Assembly: GCA_963729715.1 (NCBI GenBank)
Contig: CAVSPA010000005.1
Coordinates: 1-64,000, forward strand
Direction: 5' to 3'
DNA length: 64,000 nucleotides
Source: an uncultured delta proteobacterium
Lineage (GTDB): Bacteria; Desulfobacterota; Syntrophia; Syntrophales; UBA2185
The notes under the pieces were generated by a model that did not search any database, was not told where the DNA came from, and worked only from the letters and a program-made list of their open reading frames with translations. A program made the position numbers and the translations under genes. Of the stretch, positions 39,723 to 49,513 are shown piece after piece. Positions within the stretch are counted from its first letter, which is position 1. Every line of letters starts with the position of its first letter.

Positions 39723-40663
39723 AAAAATACCTGCCTCTCATAATCTTTGCCGGCCTTTGCGCCGTCCCGTTGATGGATCTCAGTTCATATGTCATGCACA
39801 TACTCATCCTCGTCCTCATGTGGTCCGTAATCGGTATGGCATGGAACATCCTCGGCGGTTATACAGGCCAAGTCTCCTTCGGACATGCAGCCTTCTTCGG
39901 CTTTGGTGCATACACAGCGGGCATCCTCTATTACCATTTAGAAATATCGGCTTGGTGGGGCATACCGGCATGCGTCCCCATACTCACGGTGCTCTCTCTG
40001 GTTGTCGGATATATCTGTCTGCGGCTCAGGGGCGCCTACTTTGCCCTTGCCACCCTTGCCCTCGGTGAAATATGCAGGGTAACCACAGAAAACCTTGTCG
40101 ATTTCACCCAGGGGAACATGGGAATAATGATAAGGGAAAGGACATGGGTAGACAAGACTTGGTACTTCTACATCATACTCTTCATTGCCGCGGGAACATT
40201 TGTCCTCATTAAGATAGTCATGGAATCCAAGCTCGGATATTATTTCGTGGCCATCAGGGAGGACCAGGATGCTGCGGAGTCCCTCGGAATAGACACAACC
40301 TTTTATAAAACAATCTCCCTTTGCCTAAGCGGCGTCCTCACCGGTATCGCAGGCGCCTTTTTCATGAACTACATGGGATATATTGATCCCGGTGTCGTAT
40401 TTCCCCTCTACGACATTTCCATAACAACAGTGATGGTCGTTATGGTGGGCGGCGCTGCCACTTATTGGGGCCCCGTCGTAGGCGCTGTCATCATGGTTTT
40501 CCTTGCCGAAGAAATACGCTCCCTCCCGTATATAGGGGCCGCACACATGACTATCTTCGGCGTCATTCTCATACTGATTATCCTGTTCGTGCCCAATGGT
40601 ATTGTCGGCGATTATCGAAGATTACTGAAACCCTTCAAGCGCAAAAAGGAGGCGTCATCATGA
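39719..40663 (+). CDS. livM: Branched-chain amino acid ABC permease
   Basis: WNILGGYTGQVSFGHAAF, RLRGAYFALATL, AIREDQDAA. Confidence 0.9.
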   Translation: MKKYLPLIIFAGLCAVPLMDLSSYVMHILILVLMWSVIGMAWNILGGYTGQVSFGHAAFFGFGAYTAGILYYHLEISAWWGIPACVPILTVLSLVVGYICLRLRGAYFALATLALGEICRVTTENLVDFTQGNMGIMIRERTWVDKTWYFYIILFIAAGTFVLIKIVMESKLGYYFVAIREDQDAAESLGIDTTFYKTISLCLSGVLTGIAGAFFMNYMGYIDPGVVFPLYDISITTVMVVMVGGAATYWGPVVGAVIMVFLAEEIRSLPYIGAAHMTIFGVILILIILFVPNGIVGDYRRLLKPFKRKKEASS

Positions 40664-41385
40664 GTCTCATTGAGGTGAATAATGTCTCAAAACAATTCGG
40701 CGGGCTTGCCGCCCTTACCGACGTTTCCTTCGTGCTCAACAAGGATGAAATACTGGGCCTCATCGGCCCGAACGGCGCGGGAAAAACGACCATGTTCAAT
40801 GTCATCAACGGATTCTACCGCCCCACGAAAGGCGACGTACTCTTGAACGGCAAGAGGGTTTCAAACCTTAGACCTCATGTACTTTGCAAGCTGGGCGTGG
40901 CAAGAACATTCCAGGTGGTAAGGCCGCTGCAGAGGATGTCCACCCTCGACAATGTCATAGCTTCGGCTTTCATAAGGACGAAGAGTAAGGCGGAGGCGGA
41001 GAAGGTGTCCCTCGAAGTGCTGCAGTTTACCGGCCTTTCCGACGACATAAATGTCCTCTCCAAGGGACTCCCCCTCGGCAAAAGAAAAAGGCTCGAGATT
41101 GCCCGCGCCCTTGCCACACAGCCGGAGATCATCCTGCTCGACGAGGCTTTTGCAGGACTCAACCCGACAGAGATTAATGAGCAGATCGAGATTGTGCAAA
41201 AGATAAGGACGGAAAGGGGAATAACCATCCTGATCATCGAACATCATATGAAGGTGATCATGGCTGTATCCGACAGAATTATCGTACTTAACTACGGTGA
41301 GAAAATAGCGGAAGGCACGCCTTCAGAAATCGGCCACAATCCCGTTGTCATTGAAGCCTACTTAGGAGAGGAACACAGTGCTTGA
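40660..41385 (+). CDS. livG: ABC ATPase
   Basis: FGGLAAL, GPNGAGKTT, ARTFQ, LLDE, IEH, EAYLG. Confidence 0.9.
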   Translation: MSLIEVNNVSKQFGGLAALTDVSFVLNKDEILGLIGPNGAGKTTMFNVINGFYRPTKGDVLLNGKRVSNLRPHVLCKLGVARTFQVVRPLQRMSTLDNVIASAFIRTKSKAEAEKVSLEVLQFTGLSDDINVLSKGLPLGKRKRLEIARALATQPEIILLDEAFAGLNPTEINEQIEIVQKIRTERGITILIIEHHMKVIMAVSDRIIVLNYGEKIAEGTPSEIGHNPVVIEAYLGEEHSA

Positions 41386-42082
41386 TATCAAGAACATTGA
41401 TGTTTTTTATGGCGACGTCCAGGTGATCTGGGACGTTTCCTTTAATGTAAGAAAGGGAGAGATAGTAGCCCTCATCGGGGCTAACGGGGCGGGAAAGTCT
41501 ACGACCCTGAAAACTATATCGGGCATATTGAGACCAAAGAACGGCGAAATCCATTTCAATGATATACCGATTCATAAGGTGGAACCTTACAAGCTGATTG
41601 AAATAGGGCTGGTCCATGTGCCGGAGGCAAGAAGGCTCTTCGTGGAAATGTCCGTCGAGGAAAATCTCGACATGGGTTCGTTAAAAGGAGAGGCAAAAAA
41701 GGAGCGTGAAATAACCAAGCAGTTGGTGTTCGACCTCTTTCCAAGACTTCTTGAGAGAAGGAGGCAGCTTGCAGGAACCTTAAGCGGAGGTGAGCAGCAG
41801 ATGCTTGCTATCGGAAGGGGCCTCATGGCAAAGCCGAAACTGCAGATGTTTGACGAACCGTCCCTCGGTCTTTCTCCCATCCTTGTGAAGGATATATTCA
41901 ACGTCATAAAGAGAATAAAGGAAGAAGGAACAACAGTACTGATCGTGGAACAGAACGTAAAACAGACACTCGCCATTGCCGACCGGGCCTACGTCCTGGA
42001 AAACGGAAAGATAGCTCTTCAGGGAACGGGTGCAGAGTTGCTCAGCAACGAGCATGTCCGCACAGCCTACCTCGGTGTTTAG
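41378..42082 (+). CDS. livF: ABC ATPase
   Basis: GANGAGKST, LSGGEQQMLAIGR, DEPSLGLSP, VEQN. Confidence 0.92.
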   Translation: MLDIKNIDVFYGDVQVIWDVSFNVRKGEIVALIGANGAGKSTTLKTISGILRPKNGEIHFNDIPIHKVEPYKLIEIGLVHVPEARRLFVEMSVEENLDMGSLKGEAKKEREITKQLVFDLFPRLLERRRQLAGTLSGGEQQMLAIGRGLMAKPKLQMFDEPSLGLSPILVKDIFNVIKRIKEEGTTVLIVEQNVKQTLAIADRAYVLENGKIALQGTGAELLSNEHVRTAYLGV

Positions 42083-42318
42083 CAGAGTCAGGCCTGACCT
42101 TTTACACTGCCGCAGAAAGATCGCAGTTGCATTGATCCTCCATTTATCTGATCAATCCCCTTGAGTCTAAGACTCCCTTTACTGCGCCGTAGATCAACTC
42201 ACCGAATAATTTACCGGCATTTTCTCAGTAATTATGATATGCACGCAGCGAAGAAATAACCGAAAGCGTCTGCGCCGATGGTAACAGAAGCGGCGGCAGG
42301 AGAATTCAGGGAGAACGT

Positions 42319-42696
42319 ATGGCAAGGAAGAGCAGAAAGAAACAGGCGGCAGTTCCGTATGAGTTTATTCAGGAAGTAAATAAAATGACCAAAGATGAGA
42401 TCGTCAAACGCTTCATCCAGGAGGAGAATGATCTTAGAGCGATGAAAAAGGTCAAAAAGGAGGACGAACAAATCGCTGAGCTCGCTTCTCAGATCAAATA
42501 TAAAGAGGAGAACATCAAAGACAAAATAGACGCCCTCAAAGAGAAGATGAAAGCGATCAGGGAAGAAGACGAAGAGTTCGTGGAGCTCAAGGAAAACAAG
42601 AAAGCCCTCGAAGGAGGCTACCGCGATGAAATGAAGCAGCGCCGAGCCTATCGTGATTACCTATACGAGACAATGCAAAAGATCTATCAGGAATGA
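42319..42696 (+). CDS. Hypothetical coiled-coil protein
   Basis: 125 aa, E/K-rich, host-like codon use, RBS. Confidence 0.7.
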   Translation: MARKSRKKQAAVPYEFIQEVNKMTKDEIVKRFIQEENDLRAMKKVKKEDEQIAELASQIKYKEENIKDKIDALKEKMKAIREEDEEFVELKENKKALEGGYRDEMKQRRAYRDYLYETMQKIYQE

Positions 42697-42736
42697 TACT
42701 TTATCAGACACTGCATCTTCCTCGGATATACGTGAT

Positions 42737-43258
42737 ATGAACCTGTCAGATGTCCAATTTCCGCGACAGTTGGAAGCCGATGGCAATGCCGGGGCCATCC
42801 GTCAGGCGCTGATGGCTAGTACCGTGAAGCTCTGGCCCGGCGGTCATCTTGATGTTTCAGTGATCACGATGAGAGACCCGCTGAAAAAAGCACTCCAGAA
42901 GGCCAAGCTCAGGGGGCAGATTCGCTGCGGATTCGAAGCGATCTCAGACAAGCTGGAAAGCGAAAGAAAAGGGATTGCAAATGTCCGGAAGCGCCACAGC
43001 GCCCCTTACGGCGATCGTGTTTCCAGGCTGCTTTTATTCTCCAATGACGGGGCGGAGCGTCTCTACCGGCATATTGAGCATCTTCTGCTGGCGCACGCCC
43101 CCAGACTGTTAGGCTGTCTCCTAAATATCGACGGCATTGCCCTGGGTAATATAATTGCCGGCAAGGACAGGCAGATCAAAATCGTGATGGCGGAGCACAA
43201 GGAGGCCGTTTCTGACACACTACGCGCTATTATTGCCGGTCAAGTAGAGTTCAGGTGA
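42737..43258 (+). CDS. Conserved hypothetical protein
   Basis: Open frame with RVSRLLLFSNDGAERLYR; start uncertain (42653-42737). Confidence 0.6.
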   Translation: MNLSDVQFPRQLEADGNAGAIRQALMASTVKLWPGGHLDVSVITMRDPLKKALQKAKLRGQIRCGFEAISDKLESERKGIANVRKRHSAPYGDRVSRLLLFSNDGAERLYRHIEHLLLAHAPRLLGCLLNIDGIALGNIIAGKDRQIKIVMAEHKEAVSDTLRAIIAGQVEFR

Positions 43259-43283
43259 GTTTTTTCGGTTTAGATTTTCTTTT

Positions 43284-44633
43284 TCAGGCGAGCTTTGTCC
43301 TTACTGCGTCGGCAATTATCTCGCAGTGTCTTACTGTTTCCTCTTTTGTAGGGCCTTCAACCATAACGCGGCACATATTCTGCGTTCCCGAATAACGAAC
43401 CAGGACACGGCCTCTGTCTCCCAAAGCATCCTCTGCGCCCTTGATCGCTTTTGCTATCTCCGGCACTGTTGACAAGTCAGGTCTTGCCTTGACGTCTATG
43501 TTTATCAGCATCTGCGGAAATAAGGTCATGACCTTCGCGAGTTCGGAAAGAGGTTTCCCTTCTCTTTTCATCGCGGTCAGCACCTGCAGGGCTGTGATAA
43601 TGCCGTCTCCCGTTGTATGGTGCGGAAGAAAGATCAGATGGCCCGAGTCCTCACCGCCTATTGCCGCACCCCTGGCGCGCATTTCTTCGAGGACGTTCCT
43701 GTCCCCCACATTGGTCATTACGGAATCTATACCCATTTCGTGAAGGGCAATGCCCAGGCCGATGTTGCTCATCACGGTGCGCACGACCAGATTGTTGGTG
43801 AGGGTCCCATCCTTTTTCATCATGCTCGCACAGATGGCAAGGCTCTGATCACCCGTCAAGACCGCACCCTTTTCATCAACGGCAATGAGACGGTCGCCAT
43901 CGCCGTCGAATGCAAATCCGACATCTGCTTTTCTTTTCACGACTTCGTGGACGAGCTTCTCCGGGTGCTGGGACCCGCAGTTGACATTTATGTTGACACC
44001 GTCAGGATGATCAAACAGAGTGGTCACCTGAGCCCCCAGCTCAAAAAAAGTCTCCGGCGCTATTCTGTATGTCGCCCCGTTCGCGCAATCGAGGACAATT
44101 CTCGTTCCCTCGAGGGTATATTCCTTGGGAAAGGTATGCTTCAAAAAAACTATATATCTTCCTCTCGCGTCATCGAGTCGATTCACTTTGCCCAGATCTC
44201 CGGGTGCAGGGCGCTCTTTATGTTTGTCGTTTGCAAATATGAAGTCCTCTATGGCAAGCTCTTTTTCATCGGGAAGCTTGAATCCTTCCGAAGAGAATAT
44301 TTTGATGCCGTTATCTTGAAGGGGATTGTGAGATGCGGATATGACGATACCGGCGTCGGCCCTCATGCTGCTTGTGAGAAAGGCGATGCCCGGCGTGGGC
44401 ATGACGCCGATCATAATGGCATTCACCCCCATGGAGCAGATTCCCGACACGAGGGCGCTCTCAAACATATACCCGGAGATGCGGGTATCTTTTCCAATAA
44501 TGACCTTCGCCACATGACCTTTCTTCTTGAACAGATGGGCCGTAGCGCGGCCTATGTTCAAGGCCATTTCGGCAGTCATCGGATATTCATTGGCAATGCC
44601 CCGTATGCCGTCGGTACCGAAAAGCTTTCCCAA
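43284..44633 (-). CDS. glmM: Phosphoglucosamine mutase
   Basis: LFGTDGIRG, GKDTRISG, GIVISASHNP, FDGDGDR, VRYSGT; TTG start. Confidence 0.95.
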   Translation of the reverse strand: MGKLFGTDGIRGIANEYPMTAEMALNIGRATAHLFKKKGHVAKVIIGKDTRISGYMFESALVSGICSMGVNAIMIGVMPTPGIAFLTSSMRADAGIVISASHNPLQDNGIKIFSSEGFKLPDEKELAIEDFIFANDKHKERPAPGDLGKVNRLDDARGRYIVFLKHTFPKEYTLEGTRIVLDCANGATYRIAPETFFELGAQVTTLFDHPDGVNINVNCGSQHPEKLVHEVVKRKADVGFAFDGDGDRLIAVDEKGAVLTGDQSLAICASMMKKDGTLTNNLVVRTVMSNIGLGIALHEMGIDSVMTNVGDRNVLEEMRARGAAIGGEDSGHLIFLPHHTTGDGIITALQVLTAMKREGKPLSELAKVMTLFPQMLINIDVKARPDLSTVPEIAKAIKGAEDALGDRGRVLVRYSGTQNMCRVMVEGPTKEETVRHCEIIADAVRTKLA

Positions 44634-44747
44634 AGAAGTACTCCTTCAGTTTACGCCGTCAAGACTTGCCCCGGCACAGTGCCTCTCATGACGGTCTTTT
44701 TTCTACAACAATCAAATTTATTTTGCAACAAGGATGCCTCTGTGGTC

Positions 44748-45590
44748 TCATATATGCTGATTGGTGCCGAAGCGCGTCAAGAGAACCGCCCCCAGGCCAA
44801 GGACGATAGCGCATACCTTGACCATCCAGCCCACATAAGGTATCCATCCGATCAACCACAGGATGATAAGCCCCCATATGCTCTCACGCATCATGCTTTG
44901 ATCATTCCTCTTGAGGATAGCAAATAATTTCCTTCCGACAAGCTGTGAAACCGAAATGAAACCGATAAGTGCTGCGCAGAGAACAATGGTCATTTCGAGG
45001 GGAATCAGGACTATACCGATAACCGAAATCGCCAGCAGCACTGCCAATGGGACAATCAACACCAACCCGCCAAGGCCCCACACAGTAGCCTTGAAGGGCT
45101 TCTCCTTGATGGCTGCCGAAACCAGACACACCGGCTTCGGAATCAGAAGCACGGTCACGATGGTAATGATCAGGAGGCCGAGAAAAATGGATATGGAGAT
45201 AATGGCAAATATCCACGACCACCCCTCCCATTCTTCGCTGAGGGCATTTGTCACGGCTTGAGAGATATCATTGGAATTGATCTCCCTAACACTGCCATGG
45301 ACTTCTGCGCCCCTCCCCCTGACAATGATCCCTCCGAGGCAAAAGATGTTCCCGCCGACGACGGCCGTGTTTGCAAGGACTACTGACCCTCCGATGGCCG
45401 TAACGTGATTTTCAACGGTGCCTTCCACGGTAATCTGTCCGCCCACGACCACGACATTATTAACCTTCGTGCCTTCTTCAACCGTGAGATCGCTCCCGAT
45501 CTTCACGACGCTCGGACTTTCGGCCCCGGCTGTTGTCGCCGAACAAAAGACGATAACGAGAATCAGAAAGAGCACTGTCTTCTTTTTCAT
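44748..45590 (-). CDS. Membrane protein with an N-terminal polymer-forming/bactofilin-like beta-helix
   Basis: Signal peptide, V/G-rich repeats (VVVVGGQITVEGTV...), then several TM helices ending WIPYVGW. Confidence 0.75.
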   Translation of the reverse strand: MKKKTVLFLILVIVFCSATTAGAESPSVVKIGSDLTVEEGTKVNNVVVVGGQITVEGTVENHVTAIGGSVVLANTAVVGGNIFCLGGIIVRGRGAEVHGSVREINSNDISQAVTNALSEEWEGWSWIFAIISISIFLGLLIITIVTVLLIPKPVCLVSAAIKEKPFKATVWGLGGLVLIVPLAVLLAISVIGIVLIPLEMTIVLCAALIGFISVSQLVGRKLFAILKRNDQSMMRESIWGLIILWLIGWIPYVGWMVKVCAIVLGLGAVLLTRFGTNQHI

Positions 45591-45656
45591 ATCTTTTCCT
45601 TCACGGCTCTATGGATCTTAATATGTCTGCTAAACACCATTTACTGCCCCGGTCCT

Positions 45657-46298
45657 TTATGACAATCGTTTGCGGCTGCGAAAATACTCAATGACCATGG
45701 GAAGTACAGATACTACGATAATGGCAAAGATGACAAGAGTGAAATTACGCCGGACAGCAGGCAGATTGCCGAAATAATAGCCGCCAAGGATGAACAACGC
45801 AACCCAGACAACGCTTCCGACGATATTGTATATGAGGAAACGCAGGTATGACATTTTCCCGATGCCTGCGACGAAAGGCGCAAATGTGCGGATAATCGGT
45901 ATGAATCTCGCAATGACTATCGTTTCCCCTCCGTGCTTTTCATAGAAATCATGGGTGCGGTCAAGATATTCCTTGTTCAGAAAACGGGCGTTGTCCTTAT
46001 GAAAAACTTTCGGACCAACAAATTTTCCTACGGCATAGTTAACCATATTTCCTGCTACGGCGGCGATTGCGAGAAGGACCAGAAGCCATTGAATCTGGAG
46101 CAATCCCAGAGCGGCAAAAGTGCCGAGCCCAAACAGTAGAGAATCTCCGGGCAAGAAGGGTGTTACGACAAGGCCTGTTTCACAGAATATGACGAGGAAG
46201 AAAATGAAATAAGTCCAACCGCCAAAGAACTGAATGATGGAAGCGAGATGCCGGTCAAGGTGAATGAAGAAATCTGCAAAATTGATAATCAGTTCCAT
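45657..46298 (-). CDS. dedA: DedA family membrane protein
   Basis: FCETGLVVTPFLPGDSLLF, ARFIPIIRTFAPFVAG. Confidence 0.93.
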   Translation of the reverse strand: MELIINFADFFIHLDRHLASIIQFFGGWTYFIFFLVIFCETGLVVTPFLPGDSLLFGLGTFAALGLLQIQWLLVLLAIAAVAGNMVNYAVGKFVGPKVFHKDNARFLNKEYLDRTHDFYEKHGGETIVIARFIPIIRTFAPFVAGIGKMSYLRFLIYNIVGSVVWVALFILGGYYFGNLPAVRRNFTLVIFAIIVVSVLPMVIEYFRSRKRLS

Positions 46299-46511
46299 TT
46301 ACTTTATCTAAAAAACCATGATTGCTATGTGCAAGATATCTGTTTGAGTAGTATATAAAAGAATTTGCCATGTCAACAACAAAGAAGGTCCATGCATAAG
46401 CAAGTGCTTACATCTTTTTGTGCGCTCGCTTTTTTAATTGATATTTGCTCCGTTCATGTAATAGACTTTTCTAAAGAAGAAGATTGCCATTCTCGTAAAG
46501 AGGCCCGGGAA

Positions 46512-46862
46512 ATGCACGAACTGTCTGTAACAGAAAGTATCCTTAAAATCGTTCTTAAGCACGCCCAAGAGAATGGAGCCGAAAAGGTTCTCACGATCAG
46601 CCTTAAGATAGGCGATCTCAGTGAACTTGTCGGTGAGTGCATCCAGCACTACTTTGATTATCTGAGTAAAGGCACCATCGCGGAAGGGGCGGTTCTCGAG
46701 ATTGAAAGAGCGCCCATAGTATTTGACTGCACGGAATGCAAGCATACCTTCCAGGTATCTCTCAGTGACACGAAAGATTTCACGTGCCCGGAATGTCATG
46801 GGGCCAAGGTCACGCTGGTTTCCGGCCGTGAATTTTATATCAAGGACATAACGATCTCGTAA
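46512..46862 (+). CDS. hypA: Hydrogenase nickel metallochaperone
   Basis: MHELS start, CTEC and CPEC, SGREFYI. Confidence 0.95.
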   Translation: MHELSVTESILKIVLKHAQENGAEKVLTISLKIGDLSELVGECIQHYFDYLSKGTIAEGAVLEIERAPIVFDCTECKHTFQVSLSDTKDFTCPECHGAKVTLVSGREFYIKDITIS

Positions 46863-46876
46863 TAAGGAGCGATATA

Positions 46877-47557
46877 ATGGCAGACATACGCCTGATTGAA
46901 ATCAAGGAAGACATCCTTTCCGATAATAAAGACCTTGCCGATGAGATCAGGGATATGCTCAGAAGGCAAAAAGTTTTCATGCTGAATCTGATGGCTTCAC
47001 CTGGCGGCGGAAAAACGAGCCTCATCATAAACACGATCCGCAGAATGAAAGGCGCTTTCAAAATCGCAGTGATCGAGGGCGACATAGATTCCGTGGTCGA
47101 TGCGGAGAAGGTCGTCAAAGAAGGAATCCCGGCAGTCCAGCTGAAGACGGGGGGGTTTTGTCATCTCGACGCCTCCATGATCAAGCTGGCCCTCAACGAA
47201 ATAGATTTAAGAGGTCTCGATCTCGTCATCATTGAGAATATCGGAAATCTCGTTTGCCCCGCCGAATTTGATACGGGCTCCCATAAGCAGGCGATGATCC
47301 TCAGTGTCCCTGAGGGCGATGACAAGCCTCTCAAGTATCCCATGATGTTCAGCGTATGCGATGTCCTCGTAATCAATAAAATAGATTATCTCGGTATCGC
47401 CGATTTTGACATGAATGCCGCAAAGGAACGCGTCGTCAAACTAAATCCCGCAATCAAGGTCATCGATGTTTCGTGCAAAACGGGAGAAGGCATAGAAGAG
47501 TGGACACGCTGGTTGGAAAAAGAAATAAAGACTTACCGGAATTCGACTGCCCCTTGA
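46877..47557 (+). CDS. hypB: Hydrogenase nickel-incorporation GTPase
   Basis: SPGGGKTS, GFCHLDA, ENIGNLVCPAEFD, EGDDKPLKYP, NKID. Confidence 0.95.
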   Translation: MADIRLIEIKEDILSDNKDLADEIRDMLRRQKVFMLNLMASPGGGKTSLIINTIRRMKGAFKIAVIEGDIDSVVDAEKVVKEGIPAVQLKTGGFCHLDASMIKLALNEIDLRGLDLVIIENIGNLVCPAEFDTGSHKQAMILSVPEGDDKPLKYPMMFSVCDVLVINKIDYLGIADFDMNAAKERVVKLNPAIKVIDVSCKTGEGIEEWTRWLEKEIKTYRNSTAP

Positions 47558-48039
47558 TGACAACGCTGTTATAGCGGACATCGCCGTAATGAATTTATCA
47601 AACATGCACTGAGCCTGCTTCTTCGCAGATTGTTCTGTCTGCCGCTTCTAAGGCCTTTTGGTGCTCGTTGCGCAAATTTTATTTCATCGTCGATCATGAC
47701 ACACCTTATTTTTTGTTCTCCGAACTTCGCATCCGTCAAAAAAAATTTGCAAAATTAAAAAAAGTCCTTGAAAAATTCGTTAAAATTTCTTATGAAGGTG
47801 TTAACATACAATATAGAAACGAGGCGAGATTAAAAGGCAGCCCAACAGGTAACACTGCAAGACTCCATACCACAGGCTTTCCGACGTCCGTGGAACTTGT
47901 TAGGGCATAGAACAATTGCACTGTCGATTTCCGGGAGCAAAAACCATATCCCGTTTTAGGCGGGCGCTGGGTTTGACTTCTAAAAATATGAAGTATCGTT
48001 TGTTGCTCCACGTGAACCTGTAGAAGGAGGTAGTGCATT

Positions 48040-49098
48040 ATGCCGTTAGCCAGAGCTCGCACCGATCTTCCGGTCCTATTGCTTCACAATATCGATCAGG
48101 CATGGGATCCCGCCGATATAGATATCACACTTAGGGAAGTCGCAGATCTTGAATCAGCCATAGAAGAGCAGGGGCATCCTGTCACCAACGTGCCTGTCTT
48201 CAACCATGATCTCAGTTCGTACCTCAGCGCCTATGACCCTGACCGGCATATCGTCTTCAACTGGTGCGAAGAGATCCCCGGTGTAGCGAACAGCGAAGCG
48301 CTCGCTGCGGAAACGCTCGAGGACTTGGATTTCACATACACGGGCGCAACGCCGGAAGTGCTGCGTTTCTGTTGGGACAAAGAGATGGTCAAGCGCCTGT
48401 TGGAAAGAGCCGGCGTACCGACGCCGCGCTGGCGTATTTATGATTCCCTGAAGATCGATGACTGGGGCTGTTTTCCGGCAATTGTGAAGCCGTCTCGGGA
48501 ACACTGCAGTCATGGGGTAACTACGGATGCCGTCGTTGCCTCGCCTCATGAACTGAAGAATCGGGTCGCTTATATCCTCGACACATTCCGTCAACCCGCT
48601 CTCGTTGAGGACTTCATCGACGGCCGCGAATTTCACGTTTCCCTCTGGGGCAACGGCAGCGTCCGGATGCTGCCGCCGGCCGAAATGGACTTCGCCCTCT
48701 TCGACGACGTGCGTGACCGTCTCTGCACCTACGATTCCAAGTTCATGCCCGGCTCATCCCACTACGTGAAAATCGGTCTGCAATTGCCTGCGCCCCTCGA
48801 TGAGGCCGAGTACGAACGACTCAAGAAGACAAGTATCCTGGCATACAAGACCAGCGGCTGCCGCGACTATGCCCGGCTTGACATCAGGCTTCGGGATGGT
48901 ATTTTTTATGTCCTTGATGTTAATCCCAATTCCGATATCAGCGCCGAAGCCAGTATGGCGTGTGCCGCCGAATATGCGGGCTATTCTCATGGGGAGATGA
49001 TCAGCCATATCATCAACCTTGCCGCCAAGCGTCATCCTATCTTCAGAAAACGCCCTGCAAGAGCAGCAGCGTTATCACAATCTTATCAATACGCGTAG
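48040..49098 (+). CDS. D-Ala-D-Ala-ligase-like ATP-grasp protein
   Basis: VFNWCEE, YTG, IVKPSREHCSHGV, LVEDFIDGREF, CRDYARLDIRL, DVNPN; lacks the canonical Ddl N-terminal GGxSxE motif. Confidence 0.85.
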   Translation: MPLARARTDLPVLLLHNIDQAWDPADIDITLREVADLESAIEEQGHPVTNVPVFNHDLSSYLSAYDPDRHIVFNWCEEIPGVANSEALAAETLEDLDFTYTGATPEVLRFCWDKEMVKRLLERAGVPTPRWRIYDSLKIDDWGCFPAIVKPSREHCSHGVTTDAVVASPHELKNRVAYILDTFRQPALVEDFIDGREFHVSLWGNGSVRMLPPAEMDFALFDDVRDRLCTYDSKFMPGSSHYVKIGLQLPAPLDEAEYERLKKTSILAYKTSGCRDYARLDIRLRDGIFYVLDVNPNSDISAEASMACAAEYAGYSHGEMISHIINLAAKRHPIFRKRPARAAALSQSYQYA

Positions 49099-49247
49099 CT
49101 TTCCCTTCCTGCTTTCATCAACCGTCCTCACATGACACGCATCTTGTTCATCCCCCATCTGATCTGCCGCAAGAGCGTCCTCATCGTTTGCAATCTTAGT
49201 TTCGGGCCGCCTCCGCCCATTCCATTTATCCCCCGCTGATCTTATCC

Positions 49248-49281
49248 AGTCCCGTCTTCCACAGGCGGACGGGCTTTTTTC
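49248..49281 (+). terminator. Rho-independent terminator
   Basis: AGTCCCGTC...GACGGGCT followed by a T-run. Confidence 0.65.
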
Positions 49282-49282
49282 T

Positions 49283-49311
49283 TGACATGCAAAAGACTTG
49301 TTCCTATACTT
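49283..49311 (+). promoter_or_regulatory. Sigma70 promoter upstream of the sensor kinase
   Basis: TTGACA-N17-TATACT. Confidence 0.7.
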
Positions 49312-49513
49312 GGTTCGCCAATAAAACCACCCGTCCCGACTAATATGCCGAATTCCTGCACAAAATTCGGGAAGATGGATTGACAGAAAAAGCGCCGTGT
49401 TCCGGGAGAGTGCATTGCGTTTCCTCCTGTCGGTTAGTCTTTGGTCTTTGTTTGAGCTTGTTTTTTGATCCCTTGTAACCTCTTCTAACATGGGAGGCGG
49501 GGAAGGGAAATGG

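Noticed and set aside
43617..44927. 436-aa plus-strand ORF
   Set aside because: Antisense to glmM and has no recognisable motifs.
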